Made by a program: the position numbers and the translations under genes. A stretch of DNA of 63,952 nucleotides, counting the filler, from Bigelowiella natans CCMP2755 (Eukaryota; Protista; Cercozoa): assembly GCA_000320545.1 (NCBI GenBank). It is 9 parts of 9 records of this genome, joined end to end, with 100 filler letters (N's around TTAATTAATTAA, not from the genome) between each part and the next. Parts side by side here need not be neighbours in the genome. Positions count along the whole stretch, not along the records: positions 48,769 to 55,058 come from ADNK01001643.1; positions 55,159 to 57,336 come from ADNK01000220.1; positions 57,437 to 59,286 come from ADNK01000284.1; positions 59,387 to 61,960 come from ADNK01003546.1; positions 62,061 to 63,952 come from ADNK01001486.1; 4 more parts are not named here. One strand, 5' to 3'. The notes below the pieces were generated by a model. It did not search any database and had not been told where the DNA came from. It saw only the letters and a list, made by a program, of their open reading frames with translations. Below, in pieces: positions 53,303 through 63,952 of this stretch (position 1 is the first letter of the stretch; the number at the start of each line of letters is the position of its first letter).

Positions 53303-54136
53303 TGTGATTGCCCCACAGATGGCTTCTGCGAAGTGCGGCAACAGCGCTTGCTCCTTCCGTTGCACGTGAGCTCTGTTCCGTTGCGAGAAGTCGGTTAGTA
53401 GCGGGTACTAGCAGGATCCTTGCCTGTTCCGCAACTTTTTTTGGAATTGTCATTTTTGAAAACATCGCCAACGGATGACCCGAAAGCTAGTCTTAGTATG
53501 CATTACGACAACATTTTCTTGTAGCCGTACACATGAATAGAGCCGGAATGAAGTAGAATACCAAAGAGATCGGAGTTTCCAGGAGAGCAAAAGACCGCTG
53601 TGCTAGTGAATTCCTTGTCGTAGGATTAGAATTTCCTGGGTTTCCTTCGGATTTCGAAGATTAGGCTCTCAGAAAACAAATCTCCTACAAGAAGAGGTTT
53701 AGGAAGAATGGGTACGACGTTTAATTTATCTTAAGACAATGATTCAGATCGTGTCGTATCTAAAATTATTAGTTACATTTGGTATGAAAAGTCGCTGACG
53801 TACTGCCTCGGAGAATTTATTATGAAATCCAAGCTATATTTCTCCGATGCCTATCGGGAGAAAGTCTATGCAAAAATTTGAAGACGAATTGAATTATCGC
53901 ATGTATTCATGATCCTGCGACATGAAAAATGGCACATTTTCATAAATTTGATACCCGATGCACCTCAATGGCAGTGCATGTTTGGGCTTAAAACCCCGTT
54001 TCAAAATGAAGCCCGCCGGCTTACTACCCCAGTGCAATGAGAACTGATGGGGGAAAGGACGGCCATGCTCTAGCCAGATTCAAGGATACCAGTTGACCTT
54101 CGAAAGGCTTGCAGAAAACTTGCGTAGCCTCGCAAA

Positions 54137-54882
54137 ATGGAGTCCAACGGGGAAGGGGATAGTCAAACAATCGCATCCACGATGCCGGTTGAGATAGTGC
54201 TTACTCCCGAGATCCTGTCTATGCCCCACCCCCTCCTTGCTCCCCCTAAGGTGGTATTAAAGTTATATCTACATTTACGGATTGTAACCCTTCCGTCTTA
54301 GGAAGCAAATTTCTTCGATTAGAAGCGAAGGGGGTGCGTTAGAGAGGAGTTAGTTCTCCTCTTTGCCTGTAGAGGCTCCTTGGCATTTGTCATTTATCTA
54401 TTCGAACGTCTCCTGTTTCTTCCCGTCTTTCTGCACGTACAACCTTAACTATTCGCTTCTGGATACCCCTGCCCTCCCCCCCCCCCTCCCCTGTAACAGA
54501 GCTCTCTCCCCTCCTCGACCAACGCCCACTCCGGTAGCTCCAAGCGTGGGAAAGCATTCGGTGTCGGGAAGGGCGGCAAGGACGGCAAAGACAACAGTGA
54601 TGGAGACGCGCCTGAGATAATCGGGAAGAAATTGCAAGAGTTTTTCCAGTCGTCGCTTAAGACAGTACACACTGAATTAGAGGAACGCGGTATCTCCTCT
54701 TCCCCCATGACGGCAGGGTTAGTAGGTGGGGGCGGCGGGTCAATATCCGTTGCATCTTCCCCCTCCCTTGCAAGCCTAGTCCCCCCCAAGCCGAAGAGGC
54801 GGAAGGGTTGCGATCTTGCGGAGCATGAGAAGTGGTATTGTCCATATCGCTGCGGCAAGTTTTACCGGAAAACCTCGACGAG
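54137..54882 (+). CDS. Putative zinc-finger (C-x3-C, C2H2/C2HC-like) nuclear protein, 5' part
   Basis: MESNGEGDSQTIASTMP|..PKPKRRKGCDLAEHEKWYCPYRCGKFYRKTSTR| has an NLS-like basic patch and the first half of a finger; it continues into the gap. Confidence 0.6.
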
Positions 54883-55158
54883 GTTGGTGGGGGGTTGGGG
54901 GGGGGGGAGAGAAGAAGAAAAACAAAAAACAGAGGGGGGGTCGTGGGGAGAGGGGGAGGAACAAGAAGAAGAGTGAACGGAGTGCCGGGGCGAACTACGT
55001 GGAGAGTGATGAAGTGGGTAAAATGTTCCTCTTGTTTTTTTACTGGATAGGGAAGGGGNNNNNNNNNNNNNNNNNNNNNNNNNNNNNNNNNNNNNNNNNN
55101 NNTTAATTAATTAANNNNNNNNNNNNNNNNNNNNNNNNNNNNNNNNNNNNNNNNNNNN

Positions 55159-55234
<76 letters not shown>

Positions 55235-55962
55235 TATGTATGAACGTAGGCCTACAAGCGACACGCGGATTGGATGGCCCAATAGACCCTGGAGTCAAGC
55301 AACATGTCGCCGCATAGCAAAAAATCATTAGTATTTTCCTTCCTTCGTTTCAACATCGGGGTTGTCTTGACTCGGATACATCTCATTGATTGTACCGTTA
55401 TCGTCGGCTGTTTGTGCGATCATGGGTGTTTTCGTGTTTGTTTAGCTCATCAACGCATTGCGACATGCGAAGGAGGACATGAGAAAGAATCTAAATGCCT
55501 TTACACTGTAATCACACCAGCAGCTGCCGCTGTAGCGCCGCCGCATCATCCGCATTCTCTTGCTTCTGACCTCAACGAATTACGCTGCTGTCCCTGTATG
55601 GGCCTGGAAGAATGCATATAAACAATCACCACGCACAACAGTCGTCTGTTTTTCCCACATTATTTTCGAAAGAGAGGGGATATGTACCTTGTTTGAAGAA
55701 GTTCTGAAGCTACGGGGTTTTATTTGTTGTCAGTGCCAAAACGGAAGCATTGTGGAATAAGGAGAAGGAGGAGGAGGAGGGGATGGAGAGAAGGCCTGTT
55801 AATGTAGAAACAACTTGGCACGATAGGAACAATCCCCAAAAATAAGATTTTCCAACAACATTACAATGGACTGAGATAGCCATTTTTGATAGCCATTTCT
55901 CCCTTCCTCCTCCTCCTCCTCCTCCCGCCTTTTGCTATCCCCCCCCCCCCCCCCTCAATCTG

Positions 55963-56322
55963 TTGTCATTTGCGATCGATCTGGACTCCAAAATGCAAAA
56001 CCACCACCAACAACAACAGGTGAGGGATAGCCGTAATAACTTACCCCTCCGTAAGAAGACGAAAACTGAGGCTGCTGGTAAGGATGATCTAGATAGCCAG
56101 GACAGCACCAACGATAGCCGTTCCCGGAAGAAGCAGCGCAGATCAACGAAACAGACGGCCCACGACGAAGACCTTAGTGATGACGCGGAGATGTCCGAGC
56201 AAAAGCGCTCGCGAACACTCAAGGAATTCCAAAAGCAGCTACGCACGGCGGGCGTGCTCGATAGGCTAGAGAAAGCTGCGGGACAAGCCCTACCCTCGCT
56301 TGAAGGCGAAGATCTTTTTTGA
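55963..56322 (+). CDS. Terminal exon of a hydrophilic protein, probably the 3' end of the zinc-finger gene
   Basis: Coding-like ORF (..RSRKKQRRSTK..LKEFQKQLRTAGVLDRLEKAAGQALPSLEGEDLF*) after a polypyrimidine tract. Confidence 0.5.
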   Translation: MSFAIDLDSKMQNHHQQQQVRDSRNNLPLRKKTKTEAAGKDDLDSQDSTNDSRSRKKQRRSTKQTAHDEDLSDDAEMSEQKRSRTLKEFQKQLRTAGVLDRLEKAAGQALPSLEGEDLF

Positions 56323-57763
56323 TTTGTTCGTGTTTTGCTCTTATGCGTGCTAGCGTGCGCGCCCGCCGATGTCACGAATGAATTTAATGAAAGTGTGCGT
56401 TGAGAGATTTCTCTGTGGCTATTGGAAGCAAAGCACATGTAAAAATAATCCGCAGCGACGTACCCTTCGATATGTAGAGAACAGAGGATGGACATGCAGC
56501 TCCATTGTTCAAGTGCACTAGCTAGCTATTCTAGACGTGCATAAGGCGTACGATTTGCAAGTCAATCACCACCAAGATCGATGCACGCACAAAAGCTGTG
56601 CACAAATGCACCCCCCGCCCCGCCCCCTCCCCACTCTCTAACCCTGAAGGATTGGGCTCGGTTTAATCCCGACATGACAGAGGCGGAAATACTAGACCAC
56701 ACGTGCGGCGCCAATGAAGCCAACATTGAAATCGTGAGCATTGGCTGCCTTTAAATTGAGCTCCGCGCGGCGGCCCTTCGTTTTTCTCATGGGGATGATG
56801 ATGGTGGCTGATTGTGTGTTGGGCACCCCCTCACGCGCTCCCTGGCGTCTCACCACTGTAGTGTTCTGTGCGAAGATGTGATGATGGCAACATGGAGCGC
56901 AGAAGTAGTGCAAGCAGCTTTTTTGCTCTGTGCGGTCGTCCGGTTGTCGCAAATCACTCCGCAATGTGATGCTGGACGTGGCATGCGCTGTTGCGCATGC
57001 ATGTAGGCGAAGTTTTGAAGCTCAAATGATGCACAATTTTGTGTGATTTCGCACACTCTGTGACTGTTGACAATTGTGCGTGTCAGCCCAGTGTCGTGCA
57101 CCCACTGCTGTTCCAGTGCACTGTCACGTCAATGTGGGGACCATGTGGTCCCTGCACGTGCATGCGCAAGAAACACACGCACCCATGCACACCACATGCA
57201 CCTAAAAAGCACACGTGCTCTGTTCACATCCACACATGCACCAAATGGCACACACGTAGTTGCAGGTGCATGTGAAGTAGGTGATGCACATGTCGTAGAC
57301 TGCCTGCACCACGCGCAATGCTGCCGCTGCTGCCCANNNNNNNNNNNNNNNNNNNNNNNNNNNNNNNNNNNNNNNNNNNNTTAATTAATTAANNNNNNNN
57401 NNNNNNNNNNNNNNNNNNNNNNNNNNNNNNNNNNNNACGTACATTTGTTCTCAGCGTGCGTAGCTATGGCTAGGATAATGTGTAAAGTCTGCATATGCAT
57501 CGCATTGCGTTTTGAAAATTGCAGCAGCTAGAGTTGTGCTGTGCTTGCAAGCTTTGCTACAGAGCGCACAGCATGTATCGTATGATTGACACAACGAGGT
57601 AATAAGTCTATCGCAGCACATATACTACACTAGAGTACATTGTAATCATAATAGTTACGATTGGCGCAATTTACATTCGTATTGCGTTGTTATCACGCAC
57701 GCTACGTCTCTCTTTCCAACTCTCTCTCTCTTACACACACACTATACACACACACACACACAC

Positions 57764-57803
<40 letters not shown>

Positions 57804-58088
57804 AATCAGCTCCTCGCCAAAAAGTTGTCTCTCAGCGTACGTCATTGAGGCCTTTATCTTATGGTAACATTCCTCTCTTGCAGTCTATGTTGTCGCCACT
57901 GCGAAGACCCGATGAAGACTGCAACAAGCATGGCTAGCAGCTAACATAGCTTTGTGCGTTGTTTCATGGTCGATGGACAAACGGTAATAAGAAGCTTTAC
58001 GTTCGTTCTCATGGCTCATGAGCACAGGCTCGCGCACATCCATCATTTGATGATGACTATTCCACAGTCATCATCATCATCATCATCG

Positions 58089-58585
58089 TCATGTGCATGT
58101 AGCCTGTGGAAAACGGACCTCCATGGCACCAGTGTGGTTGAACTGACACACTGCGGAGAACAGTCTCAGAGAAGGCGACAAAACCTTCTTCGCCTGCACT
58201 GACGGTTGCCCATCATTCCCCCCCTTATCATCACATGCTGCTATCTCCGCCGCAACTAATAATGCTGCAGAGACCTGCACTTCCTCCCCCTCCACTCCGT
58301 TTACAAGCACTGATATACCATCATCATCATCATGATCATCACCATCATCCAGCTCCGAGAGCTGATCAAATCTCACCGAAGAGACTGCCACCCACTTCTC
58401 TTGCTCTCCTAGCAGCGCCCATCCGTTGGGGAGAATCGGCGAGAGGTTCCACAACTGAAACGACGACTTGTCGCTGCTTGGCACACGCAGCGGATTCTGC
58501 GCGTCAACGATGCTGAGATTGTGGGTCGAGTTGGCCTCGAAACCTACGAATTGCCACCCATTCCCCTCACCATCGCCAACGCTTG

Positions 58586-58622
<37 letters not shown>

Positions 58623-59165
58623 TTCTCCTTGCAAGAACAAGATGTCATCAATCGTAACAGTGTGAGCGATGGATTCAGCGGAGAGCACCTGGGTGGTAGT
58701 GGTGGTGGTGGTGGTGGGGATGTACGTGAGATGGAACGTGACGACAACAACGAGGACAATAGTGGTGGTGGTGGTGATGACAGCCCAACAGAGAGAACAT
58801 GGAGAAAAGTGAGAAAAGATTAAACACAATAAACACAGAGCGTAACACAAACGTAATTCAGTTGTTTTTCTTTCTCTCCTGCGCACTCAGAAAGCTGCAC
58901 AGACACACGTACCTGTGCGTGAACAACAATATCGTCGTCATTCCGCCCCTCTTTCTTCATGATCATCGACTGTGCGGCCCATACATCGCCCGCCGCTTCC
59001 GCAGCAAAGACCGTGCTTCTCAGCGCAGAATCAACAATGCGCGCAGGGACATCTGGACGCAATAGCTTCCCATCCTTTCGGCAGGACTTGGCCAGAAGTT
59101 CTCGGTCTAAATCGCCGATGCCATCGCTGGGTGCCACTGGACCGCCCGTCAGGGTGGATACCTTA
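58089..59165 (-). CDS. C-terminal part of a GH36/raffinose-synthase-like glycoside hydrolase (5' part in gap)
   Basis: STLTGGPVAPSDGIGDLDRELLAKSCRKDGKLLRPDVPA resembles the SGGPVyvSD..nfdLL..lv..DG.iLR motif. The last exon has FQLWNLSPILPNGWALLGEQEKWVAVSSVRF. Confidence 0.65.
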
Positions 59166-60751
59166 CATTCAGCATGCAGAAATTATTGGGCTAGTCTTCA
59201 AACACTGCTAGTTTTGCAGTAAGAAGGGGGGATGGGGGGGGGGGGGGGGGGAGGGCGGAGTGGAACAGGCATGAGTTACTGCTCCANNNNNNNNNNNNNN
59301 NNNNNNNNNNNNNNNNNNNNNNNNNNNNNNTTAATTAATTAANNNNNNNNNNNNNNNNNNNNNNNNNNNNNNNNNNNNNNNNNNNNATGTAAAGAAGCGA
59401 ACCCCGTCCCCCCCCCCCCCTTCCTCTTCCTTCCCAGGATGGGTCAGGCGGGTGTTTCACCCAGGCCAAGAGAGAGAGAGAGAGAGAAAAAGATAAAAGA
59501 AAGCGGTATCAGAGAAAATTTACAAAACCAATGTTCTAACCCGCAGAAACCCGGGAACCTAAAAAAGAGGCGTTTGGGGGAGAAGGGGAAAAACACTAGC
59601 TCCGGAGTTGGGAAGGGGGGGGGGGGGGGCGACCCGTAGAGAAGCTTGTTAACGACGGTGGTAGAGGACGTCATCAGCAAGACCAGAGCGACGGAAAGAA
59701 GGGCGGCCTGCTGGGTAGTAATCACAACAATGGCGCCCAGGACATTCACTCGCAGCTGCTTCTGCTTGGACAAGCGGCTGAGTCGGTCGCCGACTCGATG
59801 TGATGTATTATCAGATCACGCCAGCGCATCGATTTTTGCAGGATCCTCATACCTACAAAAATAAATTATGGGATTGGCTGCTTAAAAATCGACGCTGCGG
59901 CGTGCTTGATCGCGCGTGCCCACCCCGGCACTCGCCCTACCCTATTAATCAATAATGAAAATTTATACTGCCTTCGCCTGTGTGAAGACGATCGCACCGG
60001 CTTGTCACATAGATGAGAGCGACGACACATAGCATCGCTGCTGTTGTCAAGATATGACCATATATCCGTCCAAAATGATACCTGCGCGTGCATATACATC
60101 ACGCAGGCTGCCATACCTAGTCTTAGCAGGCTAGCAGGGCCTATCATCAGTAGACCAATAATTTGGTATGAGACACCCACATACAGCCACACATCTGCGT
60201 TGTCACGTTGTCGTGGCAGCGCTGTATGTGCTCATGCGAGCACCGGCTATAACGTCATTGTAAGCTGGGCACCTGCATCAGCTCAGGCGATGTAAAGTCT
60301 TCCGCACCACACGCTGAATTATATTATTATTAGCAGCGCATTGATTAGAAATGTGAGGGCTGCAGCCATCATATAATCACTTATTATATTCTGTAACGAT
60401 CGACTACGCACCATAAGACGGATGTAATTAATCAATTAAAGCTGCTCAACACTAGCTAGTGAATAGTCATCCTTATGCACTATGTACTGCTAGACAGCTC
60501 GACAGAGTACCTACATATATGTGTTCTGCTAGCATTGAACAACGCTATTGTCATAGATCTGTCGCGCACATATGTGCATTGACATAAGGCAGCAGCCTGC
60601 ACTTTGCATGTATGTACTCAGCCATGCATGCGCAGCCGTCATAGTCGCGCTTTCATTCTAATTCTTGCTTAGTTGTTGTTGAGTCTAGCGTAGTGCCATG
60701 TACGTCGAGTCGAATGTGTCTCAATTTGGGCCACTTTTATTCATTGCTTGC

Positions 60752-61710
60752 TAGTTGACCTCATTCCCGCCGAGCAGCAGCTTTTCCGCAATTTCTCTAT
60801 ATTTTGTAGCTTCAAATGCGAGCGAAACCATTGTTACTGAACGCTCACACGGTGAGATGCAAATAGGTCACATGCCCGTCGCCAGATACTTCGATAACGC
60901 TAGAACGAGCAAGCGATGTACCGCACCGCCTGATCGATTAATACACGGTTACGACACATCTGGAGACTGCCTCCTACCGCTGCCGTCCTGTTGTTGCGTG
61001 GCCAACATCTCCTTCAATTCTGATGGTGAAAGGAATGATAAATGCTGAGAAAATACAACGAACGAGCAGCATGGCCACATCGACTGCTACTGCCCTGCTA
61101 GCAGTGACAAATCAGCACCTCTGGACATCTCTAGCACACGCGCAATTGAGGGGAAGAGAGGAGGGGGGGGGGGGGGGGGGGGGAGGGATGGGCGTTGTCC
61201 AAGGGCTGATTCTTACTCTTGAGTCTTCGATATAGCTGCTTCCTGCGTTTTGCCTTTGCAGACCCTGGAGAGCAAGCAACAAGCCGTGACGAAGTGTACA
61301 ATGCAATGGCACATCGTGATGTCTTTAGCGGACGATGTCTGCCGCCGCTGCTGCTGCTGCAAGAAGGCAAGCGCACCGACGATCATCAGACTATTCTCCA
61401 CAGGGCCACTACCAGCACATTTCTTCTTCTTCTTACTGCATGTGACATACGTTCGTGTGTATATTATTGCATCGATATACGAAGGATGACCTTTTCCTTT
61501 GGCTTTTTCCATACCCGCCTCCACCTCCTTGATAGCTGTCGTGAGCCCCTCAATACTTCTCCTTTGTTCGCCGTCGTCGCCGGGGCGATCTTCCTTGCCC
61601 TCCCCCTGCCCCTGCCCCTCCCCCTCTCCCCCCTCCCCCGGCCGTGCGAGCGTGTCGATCAGCTCATCTATGTCGCGGAGGCTCACAGTGGGCGGCTTCT
61701 GAGAGAGCAA
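60752..61710 (-). CDS. 3' exons of a hypothetical protein
   Basis: Coding-like exons KPPTVSLRDIDELIDTLARP..IEGLTTAIKEVEAGMEKAKGK and ..KYREIAEKLLLGGNEVN*. It may continue the PH-C2 gene across the gap. Confidence 0.4.
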
Positions 61711-62319
61711 AGCACACGCAATATTTATCCTTCGTGCGAATGGTCAGTTCTCGAAGCAGCACCAGCATCACCTTGCTCCTGCCCCCCCCCCCCGTTGACG
61801 CGTCTTTGTTTGTGCGGGGATGACTTTGTCTTCCCGGGGAAACATCAAGAGGGAAAAGGGACGTTTAAAGCACGCTTAGTCCCCCCCCCCCCCCCCCCCC
61901 ACCCACACGCCCCACACGCTCCCCTTCAGAGGGGTAGCCGTTATTTGGCTGTCCCCCTTGNNNNNNNNNNNNNNNNNNNNNNNNNNNNNNNNNNNNNNNN
62001 NNNNTTAATTAATTAANNNNNNNNNNNNNNNNNNNNNNNNNNNNNNNNNNNNNNNNNNNNAAGTTTTTATAACAAAAGCGGGTTGGCCCCCTCAAATTTA
62101 AAATGGAATATCGCCAGCCCCCCATTTACTAGGTTTTTGCACCCCGGGTTAAAGAGGGGGGGGTCACAACGCGAGGGGCAAAGGCAGAAAAAACGAAAAA
62201 ACTTAGGGAAAAGGGCCTAATACCCCCCCCCCCCCCCCCCCCCCCCTCCCCCCGACTCCTTCTCTTTACTCCTCCTTATCTTCTTCTCCTTCGACTCTCC
62301 TTCCCCTGATGAGCAGGCA

Positions 62320-62822
62320 CCTTGCACAATCGAGGCTCGTAGCCCCCGAATACGGGGTCAGGCCCGAAACCTATCTCCGACTCACCCACCTCGTCCCTTA
62401 GCCGGTCTGCCCCATGCAGAACATACACGAATCGACAAAATAGCTCAGGGGGCCGTAGAGGGGGGGGGAGGGGCAACACTGCTGTCACGGTGAGTATATA
62501 TATATATTTTCAATCATCACAAATTGTGATTAAAATAAGTGAGTGTGAGAGGATGGACGGTACTTTACACCATCATCATCACCACCATCATGATCATCGT
62601 CATCATCACCATCATCGTTATCATCATCAGCGGCATCGCCACTCTCACTATCGCTGCTGCTACTATTCTTGTGCTCAGTTGGCTGCGTTAGTATTTACGG
62701 GGGCCGACAAGGCTGACACGCATGACGATCTTCGATGATGAGCGCACTTGTAGCCCGCGCGCGGAGATAACCTGAGCGTATGTCGTATTGAACATTATGC
62801 ACATTCAAAATAATACTTAAGT

Positions 62823-62865
<43 letters not shown>

Positions 62866-63421
62866 TATGTATGTGTGTGTGTGTGTGTGTTTTTGTGTAT
62901 GCGTGTCTTCATTGTTGCTACTTCGCTCATTCTATTCCACTATAAACGTGCTTATCCCTATGGCCATTAGTACTCCTCCTCCTCTTCCTCATCATCATCA
63001 TCAACAACAACAACAACGACGACGACGACGACGATGACGCTAATAACCCAACCCAAACCCCCATCCTCCTTCACCTGCACGTTCAGGAACTTTGAGTTGA
63101 AGTCGAAATCCTGCTCAAAGACGTTGTTCGGGATCTTGGCGCTCAGCCCCTCGTTGCTCGTCTGCATACGCCTCATTGCGATGCGAGCGATGTCCGACAT
63201 CTGAAACCCGTCCTTGCCCCCGTGCCGCCCAGCCGCCTCCCTCCACGAAGTCCTCCTGGGTGTTGGTGAGGTATCACATTTATGGTCCTTGTGTACGATC
63301 GATTTGTGTACATATATCTCTTTTGTTTTTTAAAAAATATTGAGGGGAGGGCTCTGGTGTCATTATCATTTCTCTTGCGCTGCTGTTGTTGTTGTTGCCG
63401 CCGCCGCTGCTGCTGCTGATT

Positions 63422-63452
<31 letters not shown>

Positions 63453-63866
63453 CTTTGGCTCGTTTGTATTGGCGAGGAGAAGCCCGGACAGCTCTTGTCC
63501 GACCTGTGATAATGAGTAGTGGGAGATACCAGCAGTTAGCCATGCACGAAGGCACGTATTCAGTGCTATTTGCTACCGTTCCTATATACCCGCCGCCCCC
63601 CCCCCTTGCAGTCACATACTCGTTCCATTTTTCCATTGCGTTATTCTCGATGATGCAGGGTTTCACCAACCTTCTTCGCTCTCCTCATCTCCTCCATTGC
63701 CTCCGGTGTGATTTCAACGCCGTAGAGGGCCAGCTTGTGGAGGGCGCGCGACCATTGCCAGCGGATGAGGGGGGCGGGGGCCTTGAGGAAGACATCCCGA
63801 GACTTATCTCTCGGGTCACAAATCGTGAAGACGAGCTGTTGGAAGTTAGTGGCGATGATCGAGCCT
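62320..63866 (-). CDS. Internal exons of a PH + C2 domain protein
   Basis: LVFTICDPRDKSRDVFLKAPPPLIRWQWSRALHKL (PH C-terminal strand and Trp helix). FLNVQ|VISARGLQVRSSSKIVMRVSLVG..GFGPDPVFG fits the C2 pattern (L.V.VisArgL..nPvf). Confidence 0.65.
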
Positions 63867-63952
63867 GGGAGAAGGAAGGAAGAACGCTGGCTTTAGTTAT
63901 ATTGCTTGTTGTTTACGGTTGGGGCTTCTTTCTCCTCTCCCCTACCCCCCCC

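Noticed and set aside
59444-59773. Hydrophobic ORF that could be the signal-peptide exon of the GH36-like gene
   Set aside because: Separated by a gap, no clear ATG, and the adjacent contig end looks low quality.
101-63669. Most short ORFs in the six-frame track with poly-Q/S/K, YIYI, THTH or ERER runs
   Set aside because: They are translations of intronic microsatellites or antisense shadows of real exons.

Overview
Eukaryotic nuclear DNA: gene-dense, intron-rich, with GT/GC-AG introns full of microsatellites. Bipartite signal+transit peptides point to an alga with a complex plastid, most likely a chlorarachniophyte (Bigelowiella-like; inference). Eight 100-nt scaffold gaps (N44-TTAATTAATTAA-N44) join the contigs. 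Splicing exons by hand gives about 18 gene models: a DEP-DEP-PH protein, a cNMP-binding-like protein, DASH/Dam1 subunit Spc19, a RAB3GAP2-N protein, an MPPED metallophosphoesterase, a CRAL-TRIO protein, a cold-shock-domain protein, a DCAF8-like WD40 protein, a GT92-like glycosyltransferase, two EF-hand proteins, a large signal-peptide PDZ protein, a family I pyrophosphatase, plastid KsgA/PFC1, an ankyrin protein built from tandem exon+intron units, a zinc-finger protein, a GH36-like hydrolase and a PH-C2 protein. The most striking unexplained signal is a set of tracts just downstream of gene 3' ends that have almost lost the TpA dinucleotide (two runs of 440-490 nt with none), are rich in CpA/TpG, keep CpG and spare CTAG. 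Differences between the ankyrin repeat copies are often TA versus CA/TG. This suggests a localized TpA-directed mutational or base-modification system, opposite in direction to fungal RIP. Gene boundaries are approximate (manual splicing, no database searches).
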